Shown one piece after another: positions 13,563-26,755 of a DNA stretch of 64,000 nucleotides (position 1 is the stretch's first letter; each line of letters begins with the position of its first letter). Source of the stretch: Eledone cirrhosa (taxonomy: Eukaryota); the NCBI GenBank assembly GCA_964016885.1, contig OZ024741.1, positions 217,806,001-217,870,000 on the forward strand. Reading direction: 5' to 3'. The notes beneath the pieces were generated by a model that did not search any database, was not told the DNA's origin, and saw nothing but the letters and a program-made list of their open reading frames with translations. The position numbers were made by a program, and so were the translations under genes.

Positions 13563-13825
13563 ATACATATAATGGAACAATTCAGCTTATTTGTTATGTA
13601 AATGCTTACGTTGAAGATATGCTGCATTAGCTTTAAATCTGTCTGTTTGAAAATCAATGTCAATTACGGACAATAATTTCGTTGCTGTTCTTAATTAATT
13701 ATTCATTATCATTCCTTTCATCTCAGTCTACAATAACATTGTGGAGCTCCTCATAGGAATTCAATGGAATCGCTGGAAAATTAATTTATGGCCTCGAAAA
13801 TAATTATAATAATGATAATAATAAT

Positions 13826-14854
13826 GGTTTCTGATTGAGGTAGAAGGCCAACAATTTTGGGAGAGAAAGGAGAAAGGAAAGCCGATTAAATCGATCCTAG
13901 TGTGTTATTGGCAGTTTATTTTATCGACCCCGTAGGGATGAAAGGTAAAGCTAACCTCGGCGGGATTTGAACTGAATACGTAAAGGGACGTAACTATATG
14001 CTGCAAAGCATGTTGTCGGACGCTCTAATAATTATTTCTACTTTTGGCACAAGGCCAGAAATTTGGGGGGAGAGGAAAGTCGATTAAATCGACCCCAGTA
14101 TGTTACTGGTATTTTATTTTACCGACCTCCCAAGGATAAAGGCAAGATTTGAATTCAGAACGTAAAGGGACGTAACTTTATGACGCAAAGCATGTTGTCC
14201 GACCCTCTACCGATATTGCTAATCCACCACACCAAATGGTTTCTGATTTAGACACAAAGCCACAACAATTTCGGCGGAGGGAGAGTCGATTAAATTGACC
14301 CCAGTGTGTGATTGGTACTTTGTCTTATCGACCCCGTAGAACTGAAAGGCAAAGATAACCTCACTGGGATTTGAACTGAATACACAAAGGGATGTAACTA
14401 TATGACGCAAACCATGTTGTCCGACGCTCTACCGATACCAATAATAATAATTGATTCTACTTTGGGCACAAGGCCAGGAATTCGAAGGGAAGGGGAAAGT
14501 TGACACCAGTGAGACACTGGTAATTTATTTTATCGACCCCGTAAAGATGAAGGGCAAAGCTAACCTCGACGGGATTTGAATTCAGAACGCAAAGCGTCGT
14601 AACTACATGACGCAAAGCATGTTGTCCAAAGCTCTACCGATACAAATAATAATAATGGTTTCTGATTTAGGCACAAGGCCAACCATTTTTGAAGAAGGGG
14701 AAAGTCGATTATATCGACTCCAGTACGTTACTGGTACTTTATTTTATCGACCTCGTAAGGATGAAAGACAAAGCTAACCTCAGCGGGATTTGAACTCAGA
14801 ACGTAAAGGGACGTAACTATATGCCACAAAACATGTCCGACGCTCTACCAATAT

Positions 14855-14855
<1 letters not shown>
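13826..14855 (-). mobile_element. Five head-to-tail SINE family A copies
   Basis: Units start at about 13826, 14034, 14238, 14451 and 14657, most preceded by (TAA)n; each has ggatttgaa(c/t)t (B-box, reverse). Confidence 0.88.
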
Positions 14856-14890
<35 letters not shown>

Positions 14891-14970
14891 AAATAATAAT
14901 AATGGTTTCTTTATTATTGGCTAATAGGGCTGAAAAACAAGAGACATTACAAATGGACAAGGACAGCGGC

Positions 14971-15262
14971 TTCTTCTTCTTCTTCTTCTTCTTCTTCTTC
15001 TTCATCTTTTTTTTTCTTTTTTCTTCTTCTTCTTCTTCTTTGCCCACTTATTCTTGAGAGGGTCGTGGGGACAGAGTCCTCAAACACTCCTTCTAGCGGG
15101 TCCTGCCAAACCCCAAGCGACACCAGCCATGCTCATGGATGTTATCCACCCATCTTGCTCGGGGTCTACCCTTGGGTTTGTTGCCGATTGGTTTTGCCCA
15201 TAAATCCTTTCTTGAGACATTCTAACCACATACCTATAGTATCAGTGCTGTGATCTCTCGGC
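14971..15262 (-). mobile_element. 5'-truncated RTE 3' end with (GAA)n tail
   Basis: Homologous to 19245-19520; (TTC)n tail on the left. Confidence 0.75.
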
Positions 15263-15540
15263 CAAGGACAATGGTGATTTACAGAATTAATCGTGTAAAC
15301 AAAAATAACAGGTAACGAAATAACGATAAATTAAAACAGCAGAATTCCTCAACAGGGATAGCATCACCCAGGGGTAGTTGAGGAACCCCACGGATACGAA
15401 ACCACCCCTCCTCTCTAAACCCTCCAGCCAACAGTTAGAGATCATTTAAGCCCCCCATCTCCATCCAGCACCTTCTTGCAAGAAACGTAATGAAAATTAA
15501 AAGCAAAGCATATGAATGTAGGCCTTCATATAGAAAAATA

Positions 15541-15660
15541 TATTTCTTTATTTGCCTCAAGGGCGCACAAGAAAAGGGGACAATACAAAGACATATGGCG
15601 GGAATTTTACATATAATCGTGTAAACAATTTTAACATACAAGTTCAACAATCGAAATCCC
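15541..15660 (-). mobile_element. Diverged Tx1-like 3' end
   Basis: tttctttatttgcctcaagggcgcacaagaaaaggggacaatacaaa resembles the termini at 20569, 21067 and 22706. Confidence 0.55.
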
Positions 15661-15918
15661 CAAAAGATGCCGAGATTTTAGTATTGATCCATATCAATCA
15701 CTAAAACAGAGGTGGCGGATTAAAGCAACTCGGGCCCTGGTCTAAAGAACATTTGGTTGCCCCGGCATCTTCTCATCATGGATTGTGAGATTCTGAGCTA
15801 AAACTCAGTAAGCCCATATATAAATCCGGTGCTGGTGAGGTTTGCCCCAGCATGACCACAGTCCAAGAGCTGAAACTAGTTGAGAAAATTAAAGAACAGC
15901 TCTATCAACGTAAATATT

Positions 15919-16322
15919 GGTTTATGATCTAGGCACAAAGCCAGCAATTTAGGGGGGGGGGGGGTCAATTAAATCGACACAGTGTGTTACTGGTATTTTA
16001 TTTTATTGATTCCAAAAGGATGAAAGCAAAGTGGACCTCTGCAGGATTTGAACTCAGAATGTAGAAAGTTGGAACTAAAACCCACAAAGAATTTTGTCAG
16101 TTGCAAATTTTTTATATAGACACACGGAGAACACTTTGGGGGGAGTGGAAAGTCGATAAAATCGACCCCAGTACGTTACTGGTACTTTATTTTATCGACC
16201 CTGTAAGAATGAAAGGCAAAGCTAACATCGGCAGGATTTGAACTCAGAATGTAAAAGGGCATAACACTATGCCATAAAGTATGTTGTCCGACACTCCACC
16301 GATACAGCAATCCACCGCCCTT
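15919..16322 (-). mobile_element. Two tandem SINE family A copies
   Basis: Same body and B-box. Confidence 0.8.
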
Positions 16323-16649
16323 ATCAATGTAAATATTACAGTTTAACTTCGGTTGATTCAGTTTAACTCATAAGACATGAGCTGGCTAAAAATTACAAAA
16401 CAAAAAAAAACAACATTTGCTCGAGGTACCGAACATTGGGATCGAACACAATACCTTATGATTGCAAAGTGATTTTCTTAACTATTCGACCATGTTGGGC
16501 AACAGGCAATACACAATACACAATACCTTCTGTCTACCCGTGAGCCCTGAATTTCTCATGGTGTCTTTGAACATTGTGTATTTTAAACCTGAGGGAGCCC
16601 ATCCCCTCTCTAAATCTGAACACAGCCGATTTCCTCCAGAGAAGGAAAG

Positions 16650-16800
16650 AGGGTGAGAGAGAGTGGGAGGAGCTAGGGGAGGAGAATGGAGATGGGGAGA
16701 GAGAGGGTGAGGGTAGAAAGGAGATATGAGAGATGAGGAGAGGGGCGAGAAAGGAGAGAAGGAGGCAGATAGGGAGTGTGGGAAGAGAGAGGAGAGAGGG

Positions 16801-16873
<73 letters not shown>

Positions 16874-16981
16874 GGGGAGATGGTGAGGGGGAGGAGAGAG
16901 GGAAGAGTGGCGGGAGAGGGAGAAAGAGAGGCGGATAGGGAGATAGATAGAAGAGAGGGTGGAGAGAGGGTGGAGAGAGGG

Positions 16982-17020
<39 letters not shown>
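16650..17020. repeat. (GA)n purine-rich tract
   Basis: Direct read. Confidence 0.95.
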
Positions 17021-17022
<2 letters not shown>

Positions 17023-17885
17023 AAAAAGAAGTGAGAAAGAGATATACAGAAAGAATCGACATTAGTATTGGACTAGTACATTTTTATTGACCTTGAAAGA
17101 GTGAAAACCAAAGTTGACCTTGGCAGGAGTTAAACTCAGAAAGCAGAGCCAGAACGAATACCACAAAACATTCTGTCCAAAACACATGCAGCTAAAAATA
17201 ATATCTTTATTTGAAATGAATTTTAGTGTATTTTCCTGTTTTGTGTTTGTAGTTTTATATATTTTTCGGCTGTACTTGTTTGGCAAGTGGTTTGACCTGA
17301 GACTGTGCCCTGCGACTAAAATATCTGTATTGTGGGAAAAGCATTAATGCTATCTCCACACACACGCGTGCACTTTGCAGTAGGTCGCAAATGACCAAGA
17401 GCACGTAAAATTTGCAACGCCGGATTTCAAAATTGTTCAAAGCTAAAGTCCTGGTCGGCTCCATATTTAATTTCATATGTGCCTTATCTATGTGTTGATT
17501 TTTGGTTTGTGTTTTGATATAGTAAAGCTTCCATAGATTCTCTTCTATTAGGGAATTTTATATAGAATTGTCGTGTTGTCAACTAATGTTTTTCTATGTA
17601 ATTTTATTGCCTATACTGACTTATACTGTGTCGCAGTGCCTCATTGTTGTAAATGCATGGTCAAGTGGGGAGAAAGTGTCGTAAATGTGTGTCCAGCGTA
17701 ACAGTTTGAGTAGTTTACAACTTTCACGTAACATTAAGATTTGTATATATAAGGTTGAACAATGGAAACAAATAAGATGAGGTTTAGTGCTTAATTAATC
17801 CATTGTTTCTGGGCAGAAATAGCATAATGAATGAATTTTGTCGGGGCTAATATTATGGAGTTGAATAAAATGCTATCGTTTAGAC

Positions 17886-18375
17886 CAGAGATTCTCAATG
17901 TGGGCGCTAACCCCCCCCCCCCCCCCCCCCCCCCCCGGAGGGGTGGGGGTCCAGGGGTAGCTGGAGCCTAAGGAGGGTAGAGATGATATAATAGTATATT
18001 AAATACCAAATGATCCATATTATATTATATATAAACATATATAATATAATATGGATCATTTGGTGGATTGGCAGTATCGTTAGAGGGTCGGACGCCATGG
18101 TTTGAAGCATAGAGTTACCTCCCTTTATGATCTGAGTTCAAATCCCGCCGCGGTTAACTTTGCCTTTCATACTTACGGGGTCGACAAAATAAAGTACCAG
18201 TAATGCACTGTGATAATTGCTGGCCTTGTGCCAAAAGTACAAACAATTATGACGATTTTATTTATTATATTTAAAATTTGCGTGTAGGTAGGTCTCTCTA
18301 GAAATAGGGGTGGGTAGCTGAGGGTATTATGTGACCGTGAGGGGGTGGGTGGCTCAAAAAGTTTGAAAACCTCTG
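17886..18375. mobile_element. hAT MITE containing a SINE A copy (18061-18248, +)
   Basis: Ends CAGAGATTCTCAA / TTGAAAACCTCTG; TSD GTTTAGAC / GATTAGAC. Confidence 0.78.
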
Positions 18376-18655
18376 GATTAGACACTATATCGATAATATC
18401 TGGCTGTTCTTTGAAACAAACGTAAAATAATGAATTAATGAAACACTATACCTCGTCATATGTTTTCATTGTTCAATTTTATCAATCTGACTCTAGATTT
18501 TGAATACTCAACGACATGTAATAAGATGCCACTGTTCCACTAAAACTAATTTCGTTTTGTTTCCATGAAATATTCATATCTACATTGAGCTCTAATGGCG
18601 TAATAAATCCTATCTTAATTAAGTAAATTATTCATGAAATAAAATGTATATATTA

Positions 18656-18832
18656 CATTGGCTGACTGGAGTAAGTTCTGAGGCTTGTTAGCCTAGTGTT
18701 TCGATTGGCTAACTGGAGTAAGTTCTGGGGTTACTAGTGTTTTGATTGGCTGACTGAAGTAAGTTCTGGGGGTTATTAGTGTTTTGATTGGCTGACCGGA
18801 GTAAGTTCTGGGGGTTACTAGTCTAGTGTTTC
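18656..18832. repeat. About 40-bp tandem repeat (ATTGGCTGACTGGAGTAAGTTCTGGGG...TAGTGTTT), 4 units
   Basis: Direct read. Confidence 0.85.
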
Positions 18833-18906
18833 GGCGTTCATGACGAGGTTTTTCATTCATGTGTTTTCTTTTCGTTTGTTTTTTGTTGTTGTAATATATT
18901 CCAGGT

Positions 18907-19050
18907 GAAGGCGCATGGCTTAGTGGTTAGAGCATTGGGCTTGCAATCGAAGGGTTGGAAGTTCAATTCTCGGATCGGGTGATGTTTTGTTTCCTTGAGC
19001 AAGACACTTTATTTCACGTTGCACCAGTTTACTCAGCTGTAGAAATGAGA
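18907..19050 (+). mobile_element. tRNA-derived SINE family B with CORE-like central block
   Basis: A-box TGGCTTAGTGG, B-box GTTCAATTC, then ccttgagcaagacacttt; second copy at 54494. Confidence 0.8.
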
Positions 19051-19145
19051 TGATAGGACTGGGGTCCCTATCATTAAATTACCCAAGACACCTCCAACGA
19101 GATATACCTTGGAGAAGGCCAGCTAAACCTGCATAGGTGTGAGCT

Positions 19146-19181
<36 letters not shown>

Positions 19182-19244
19182 ATTCCAAGTAAGAAGTGGC
19201 TTTTTTAAAATTTTTTTAAATTTTTAAATCCACCCATTTCCGAA

Positions 19245-19520
19245 TTGAGAGATCACAGCTCCGGTACTATGGGTATGTGGTTAGAATGTCTCAGGAAAGA
19301 ATAGCTGGACAGATTTTACGGGCAAAACCAACCGACAGGAGACCCAGGGGTAGACCATAAGCAAGATTGATGGATAACAACAATGAGCTTGGCTGGTCTC
19401 GCTTAGGGATCCAGCCGGATCAGTTGGAGACGGTTGCTTCTGACAGGACCCGTTGGAAGGAGTGTCGGAAGACTCTGTCCCCACGACCCTCTCAGGAATA
19501 AGTGGACGAAGAAGAAGAAA
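19245..19520 (+). mobile_element. 5'-truncated RTE 3' end with (GAA)n tail
   Basis: Remnant RSQLRYYGYVVRMS...PTG...PRGRP...DRTRWK...PRPSQE* followed by gaagaagaaga. Confidence 0.8.
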
Positions 19521-19789
19521 CAGAACAAGGATCCATCCATTTTGTAAGCGAGGTAATTTTAATTGTAAACGTAACCCTTACCTTGCACACGGCATACAGC
19601 AAAACCGTTTCAGAGAGAAAGAGAAAATGAGAGAGAGAGGGGGGGGGAGTAAAATATCGACTTTAGTATTTGGCTGGTACTTCATTTATCGACCTCAAAA
19701 GAATAAGAGGAAAAGTTGTTTGACCTCAGGCGAAATTTGAACTCTGTGCATAGAGAGACGGAACAGATACTGCATTGCAGAAATAAAAG

Positions 19790-19805
19790 ATGAGAGAGAA
19801 AGAGA

Positions 19806-19879
<74 letters not shown>

Positions 19880-20036
19880 GAGAGAGAGAGAGAGAAACAG
19901 ATGGAGATAAGGAAAGAAAGGAAGTGAGAAGATAAAATGCCAAAATTTTGTATGTCGAGAGGATTTGTTTTGGCAGTTTACAGGTTTTGCCAAGTGGCCA
20001 TTTTAGAGAGAGACAGGGAAGAGGGAATAGAGGAGA

Positions 20037-20105
<69 letters not shown>

Positions 20106-20520
20106 GGGAAGGGGAGGGAGAGAGAGAGGAAGGGGAAGGAGGGGAAGGAGAGAGAGAGGGAGAGGTAGGGAGGGGTGTTGAAGGAGAGGTTGAGTGAAAG
20201 AGGAAGGGGCGAGAGAGAGGTAGGGAGGGGTGTTGAAGGCGAGAGACAGAGAGGTAGGGAGGGGGTGTTAAAGGAAAGAGAGGAAGGAGAGAGAAAGAGG
20301 GAGAGAGATTGGGAGAGAAAGATGTTGAGGGATAAATTGAGAGAGCGCAAGGAGAGAGAGAGAAAGATAGAAAGAAAGAGATAGAGAATGAGAGGAAGAG
20401 AGAGCGGGAGACAGAGAGATGTTGAAGGATAGGTTGAGAATGAAAGGGAGAGGGGGAGAGAACGAGAAAGAGAGAGGGAGGGAGAGAGATAGGGGGAGAG
20501 ACAAATGGACAGACATAGAA
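19790..20520. repeat. (GA)n purine-rich tracts
   Basis: Direct read. Confidence 0.93.
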
Positions 20521-20568
20521 ATGGGCAGACAGGTAAATAGAGGGACCGACAGATAGACAGATAGATAT

Positions 20569-21032
20569 GTTTCTTTATTAGCCACAGGGGCACAAAAGAA
20601 GAGGACAAATGCAAAGGGAGAAGTTTACATACAATAAAAACGTGTAAAATACTATCACAAATGTAATTTAAAAATTAATCGATTTTCCCAATAGGGGAGA
20701 CATTACATATGGGTAACACATACCACCGAAAAAATGTGCAACCCTCATCTCCAGGAGTACGAAGAGTGAGTACCCCTTTCCTCTCTTCCTCCTTTTCCTC
20801 AACCTACAGGCTTATATAGAGAGAAGGCCCATTCACCCGGGCCATTCTCGCACTTTCACCCACCTTTCATAAAACTTGCTGGGGTACAGCACCTCTCTCT
20901 CCATCCTGATTCTTCTTCCAAGGTGGTATTTGAAAAAAAGAATCAGTTGTTGGCCGGAGAGAAAGGTGTCTGACCTCAGCACTTTTAACCTCGTCCACCA
21001 TACAACCTCTTTCGCCATAGCTATCACACAAA
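20569..21032 (-). mobile_element. Tx1/L1-clade LINE, 5'-truncated copy A
   Basis: C-terminal AMAKEVVWWTRLK...; AATAAA-bearing 3' end abutting (TATC)n. Confidence 0.88.
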
Positions 21033-21066
21033 AGATAGATAGGTAGATAGACAAACAGATAGATAA

Positions 21067-22584
21067 ATTTCTTTATTAGCCACAAGGGCACAAAAGAAGG
21101 GGACAAATACAAATGGGGGAGTTTATATACAGGTATATGAAAATAAAACTATTAATAAAATAACAAATAACAATTGAAATCCCTAATAGGGGGGAGGCGT
21201 TACACAGGGGTTGTACACACCCCGAAAAAATGTACAACCCTCATCTCCAGGAGCACCAAGAGTGAGTACTCCCTTCCTCTCTTCCTCTCTTTCCTCAGCC
21301 TACAGGCTTATATAGAGAGAAGGCCCAACCACTCGGGCCATCTTTGCCACATTCACCCACCTTTTATAAAATTTGCTGGGGTACAACACCTCTCTCTCCA
21401 TCCTGATTCTTCTTCCAAAATGATATTTGAAAAAACGAATCAGTTGTTCGACGGAGAGAAAGGTGTCTGACCTCAGCCCTTTTAACCTCGTCCACCATAT
21501 AACCGCTTTCACCATAGCCATAACACATAGGAAAACATCCTCTCCCTTGTTTTTGAAGGAGGGTGGCGGTTTGATCATGACAATAGACTCGGTGGTCAAC
21601 TGGATTGGTCCCACCCGCGACAATAGTCGTTCTACATAGCCCCACAGGTGGGTAACGCCCGGGCAGTGTACAAATGCGTGCACGACGGTTTCCTCGTCGC
21701 ACACGCATCTCGAACAGATCTTTTTCGAAGGGTCCCTGCCCGGGCACCCATGTCTGTAGAGCTTTTCTCGAACTGGTAGAGCTCCTCGGTAGCACTGCCA
21801 GGCCAGGGACTTTTGGAAGTTGTCCATTGATCCCGGGCGGAAGGTCCTACCGAACAGACTGGCCAGTTCGTCCTCCTCTACGCCTAGAGTTTCTCCGAGC
21901 GCGTCGTCGCACTTGCTGCGGACCAACCCTCTATAGAATGTCGAAGTGGAGTCTCCACTGATCGCCGGGTTCGTTTGCAGAGGACTGTGATCGCCTGAGC
22001 ACATTCGATGTGCCAGTCGCCCATTTTCCTCGGTCTTTGCTTGACTCAGGACTGCAGCTCGGTCAGCGAGACGAGTCGTGGGAAGGCTCGCCTCACGAAC
22101 GGGGCCCACACCGGTTGTCCGGTGAGGAATACGTGGAGGTGCCGCAGCCTGAGCGCGTGTTTGCGCATCGTCAGCCACAGCACCCCCAGCCCTCCGTTTG
22201 AATGGTATTGGCAGCAGATGGATCTTCTCACCAAAGGAGCCCGTTTCTTCCAAAGGAATTGGAAGAGCGCGCGCTCCATTTTGGTGAGCGTTTTGGCTGG
22301 ACAAGGCACGACGGTCAAGCGGTAGTAGATGACGAACGCTATAAAAGTGTTCGCCACCTCCGCTCGACCTTTCAAGGATAGTTTGCACTCGGCCCACTTC
22401 TGGGTGAGCGCAAACATCTTGGCCGTCACCTCGTTCCAGGTCTTCTCCACCTGGAGGTCCGGACCAAACCAGAGCCCGACCAGCTTTACCTGTCCATCCG
22501 TCCCGCGTCCGACGACGCCATCGGAAGGCATCGGTTTGCCTCTCCACGTTCCGAGTTGCAAACCGACGGATTTGTCCCGGTTCA
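21067..22584 (-). mobile_element. Tx1/L1-clade LINE, 5'-truncated copy B
   Basis: VKLVGLWFG, LSLKGRAEVAN, GGLG, and zinc knuckle CSRCVCDEETVVHAFVHC. Confidence 0.9.
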
Positions 22585-22705
22585 AACAGATAGATAGACA
22601 GATAGGTAGATAGGTAGATAGGTAGATAGACAAACAGATAGATAGGTAGATAGGTAGATAGACAGATAGGTAGATAGAAAGATAGGTAGATAGACAGATA
22701 GGTAT

Positions 22706-25543
22706 GTTTCTTTTATTTGCCACCAGGGCATCAAAAGTGGGACAAGTACAATGGGGGGAGTTTACAAAACAAGGCGTCCTCAATAGGGAGGAGGCAATAA
22801 CAATATATAAAAATAAAATAAAATATAACAAAAAATAAAATTATAACAAAATCCTCAATAGAGAGGAGGCGCCTTGGGGGGTCGCACACACCCCGGAAAA
22901 AAGTGTGCAACCCTTCTCCTCAGGAGCACAGAGAGAGGGTGCTCCCTCGTTCCTTCCTCTTTTCCACCTACAGGCTTATGTAAAGAGAAGGCCCATCACG
23001 CGGGCCATTCTCGCCACTTTCACCCATCTTTCATAAAAACGGCTGGGGTGCAGCACCTCTCTCTCCATCCTGATCCTTCTTCGGAAATGATATCGGAAGA
23101 AACGGACCAGTTGTTGGCCAGAGAGAAAGGTATCTGACCTCAGTCCTTTCAGACGCGTCCACCATACAACCTCTTTCGCCATGGCTATTACGCACAGAAA
23201 CACCGCCTCTTCTTCGTTTTTGAAGAGGGGAGGCGGCTTGATCGTTACAATAGACTCGGTGGTCAACCGGATCGGTCCCACCCTTGACAGCAGTTGTTCG
23301 ACATAGCCCCACAGATCGGCAATGCCCGAGCAGTGTACCAATGCGTGTGCAACGGTTTCCTCGTCGCACACGCATCTGGGACAGATCTTTTTCGAGGGGT
23401 CCCTACCCGGGCGCCCGTGTCTGTAGAGCCTTTCTCGAACGGACAGAGCCCTTCTGTAGTACTGCCAGGCCAGGGACCTCTGGAAGTTATCCATGGGTCC
23501 CGGGCTGAATGTCCTACCGAACAGGTTGGCCAGTTCGTCTTCCTCCATGCCTAGGGCTTCTCCGAGAGCGTCGTCGCACCTGCTAACCACCAGCCCTCTA
23601 TAGAATGACGAGGTGGATTCTCCACTGACAGTCGGGTCCGCCTGCCAGAGATCCGTGAGCGCCTGGGCACACTCGGTGTGCCAGGCGCCCAGTTTTCTCG
23701 GCCTTTGCTTGACCCAGGATTGCAGCTCGGTGAGTGAGACGAGTCTGGGAAAGGCTCGCCTCACAAACGGGCCCCACACCGGTTGACCGGAGAGGAATAC
23801 CTGGAGGTGCCGTAGCCTTAATGCGTGTTTACGTATCATTAGCCACGGCATCCCCAGCCCTCCTTTCGAAGGGTGTTGACAGCAGATGGATCTCCTCACC
23901 GTAGGAGTCCGCTTCTTCCAAAGGAATTGGAAGAGTGCGCGCTCCATTTTGGCAAGCGTTTCCCTTGGGCAAGGCACAACGGTCAGGCGGTAGTAGATGA
24001 CGGACGCTATATAAGTGTTCGCCACCTCCGCCCGACCTTTCAGGGACAGTTTGCACTCGGCCCACTTCTGAGTCAGTGCAAACACCCTGTTCGTTACCTC
24101 ACCCCAGTTCTTCTCCACCTGGAGGTCTGGTCCGAACCAGACCCCGAGCAACTTCACCGGGCCCTCCGTCCAGCGCCCGACGACGCCATCAGAGGACATC
24201 GATCTGCCCCTCCACGTGCCGAGTTGCAGACCGATCGACTTGTCCCGGTTCAGCTTAGCCCCTGTAAACCTTTCGTACTCCTCCAGTAAAGTGCCGATCG
24301 CCCCGATTTCCGAAGCCGTAGACACCATTACTGTTACGTCGTCGGCGTAGGCCGACACCGCTTTCCGCAATCCCGGTTCCAACGGGATGCCCTGCAACAA
24401 CTCCAACTTCCGCAGCAGTGGCTCTAGAGTCATTACATACAGAAGGGAGGAGAGAGGGCACCCCTGTCGGATGGACCGCGCGATTTCGAACGGCTCCGAG
24501 AGGTAGCCGTTCACCTTGACCCTAGAGCAGATGCGGTTGCTGTGCATGGCATTGATCCAGCCCCTGAAAACGGGTCCGAAGCCTGCCGCCGCTAGCACCG
24601 CATCCAGGTAACCATGGTCGACCCTATCGAATGCCTTAGATTGATCCAAGTTGATCAGGGCCCCACCAAAGACGGGTTCGTTCCCAACCCTCTCTATGAT
24701 GTATCGCATGAGGTGGAGGTTGTCGTGGATGGACCTGGACGGGATAGCACATGTCTGCGCATCTCCCACCAGGTTGCCCACGACAAGCTCCAACCTCTTT
24801 GCTAGCACCTTGGCCAAAATCTGTAACTCTGTATTTAGCAGAGTTATGGGCCTGAAATTATTTATATCGTCCCCTTGTTCTCGTCCTTCCTCACTAGCGT
24901 GACTACGCCCTTGGTCACAGCACAGGGAATTCTCCCGTTCTGTCGCCAGTTGCAGTAGACCGCCTCGAGGAGATCGGGGAACAAGTCCGGCAGAGCTAGA
25001 TATAGTTCGTATGGAAGACCATCGAGACCCGGGGATTTGCGTTTGCCGCATTGGCTCAGCACGTCCTCTATCTCAGCGGCTGAAATCGGCTCCTCGCAGG
25101 ACTTCGCCTCCCTGTCCGAGAGACGCGGCAGGCCGTCGAGGTATGGACCGAAGTCCACATCCCCAACCGGCCCCCCGCCGCTTCCGAACAATCCGGCAAA
25201 GTGCTTTTGAAAAGCCTCGCACATCTGCTTAGGTTCAAGGATCACCCGTCCATCCTGGTCTCGCAAAGACCGGATAGTGGATCTGCTCCCTCTTTTGGCT
25301 TCTGTCACGCGGGCCCAGCTAACAGCTTTGGTCCCCTCGTTTCCCAGAGCACGTATTTTGCTTCGGACGATGCAGCCTTCGTGTTTCGCGTCGAAGAGCT
25401 GGCCCAGGGCCGTTCTCGACGCTAGCACTCTGGCCACATCGCCGCTTCTAATTGCCTCTTCTACACTATCTACCAACTCCCTTCCTTCCTATTTCTATTT
25501 GAGGCTAACTCCTTACTAAATTCTATAGAGACTACTCTAATAG
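22706..25543 (-). mobile_element. Tx1/L1-clade LINE, 5'-truncated copy C with RT and CCHC knuckle
   Basis: KSPGLDGLP, NFRPITLLN, LDQSKAFDRVDH, RQGCPLS, YADDV, CPRCVCDEETVAHALVHC. Confidence 0.93.
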
Positions 25544-25586
25544 ATAGGTAGATAGACAAACAGACAGATAGACAGATAGACAGATA

Positions 25587-25711
25587 GCCATGGCGAAAGA
25601 GGTTGTATGGTGGACGCGTCTGAAAGGACTGAGGTCAGGCACCTTTCTCTCTGGCCAACAACTGGTCCGTTTCTTCCGATATCATTTCGGAAGAAGGATC
25701 AGGATGGAGAG
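25587..25711 (+). mobile_element. Inverted Tx1 fragment
   Basis: Near-identical reverse complement of about 23058-23186. Confidence 0.85.
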
Positions 25712-26190
25712 AGAGAGAGACAGATAGACAGATAGACAGATAGACAGACAGGTAGACAGGTAGATAGACAAACAGATACATAGACAGATAGACAGATAGA
25801 GAGATAGAGAGACAGGTAGACAGGTAGATAGACAGATAGATAGGTAGATAGACAAACAGATAGATAGCTAGACAGATAGATATGTTTCTTTTGCCACCAG
25901 GGCATCAAAAGTGGGACAAGTACAAAGATAGATAGGTAGATAGACATATAGAGAGATAGACAGACAGGTAGACAGGTAGACAGGTAGACAGGTAGATAGA
26001 CAAACAGACAGAGACAGGTAGACAGGTAGACAGATAGATAGGTAGATAGACAAACAGATAGATAGACAAACAGACAGATAGACAGATAGACAGATAGACA
26101 TATAGAGAGATAGAGAGACAGGTAGATAGACATATAGAGAGATAGAGAGACAGGTAGACAGGTAGAGAGACAGAGATATCTAATAGACTG
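25712..26190. repeat. (GATA/GACA/GGTA)n tract containing a 43-bp Tx1 3' end (25884-25926)
   Basis: Direct read; gtttcttttgccaccagggcatcaaaagtgggacaagtacaa matches about 22706-22751. Confidence 0.9.
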
Positions 26191-26335
26191 ACAGTTGATA
26201 CAAACACAGATGAGGAAGATGCAAGATATAAATAGATAGATTGTTAGATAAATAATTGTTTCTACTTTTGGCACAAGGCCAACAATTACTCAGTACATTA
26301 CTGGTACTTTATTTTATCGAGCCCGTAAAGAATAA

Positions 26336-26365
26336 TGATATATATATATATATATACATATACAT

Positions 26366-26396
<31 letters not shown>

Positions 26397-26470
26397 CATT
26401 TATATATACATATACATACACACACACACATATATATAACGCATATATGCAGACACACACACACACACAT

Positions 26471-26501
<31 letters not shown>

Positions 26502-26560
26502 CATATATATATACATATACATACACACACACACATATATATATATAACGTATATATGTA

Positions 26561-26638
<78 letters not shown>

Positions 26639-26683
26639 CATATACATACACACACACACACATATATATAACGCATATATGCA

Positions 26684-26755
<72 letters not shown>

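Noticed and set aside
18907-18985. tRNA gene (also 54494)
   Set aside because: A/B boxes are present but continue into a SINE body; no proper acceptor stem or terminator.
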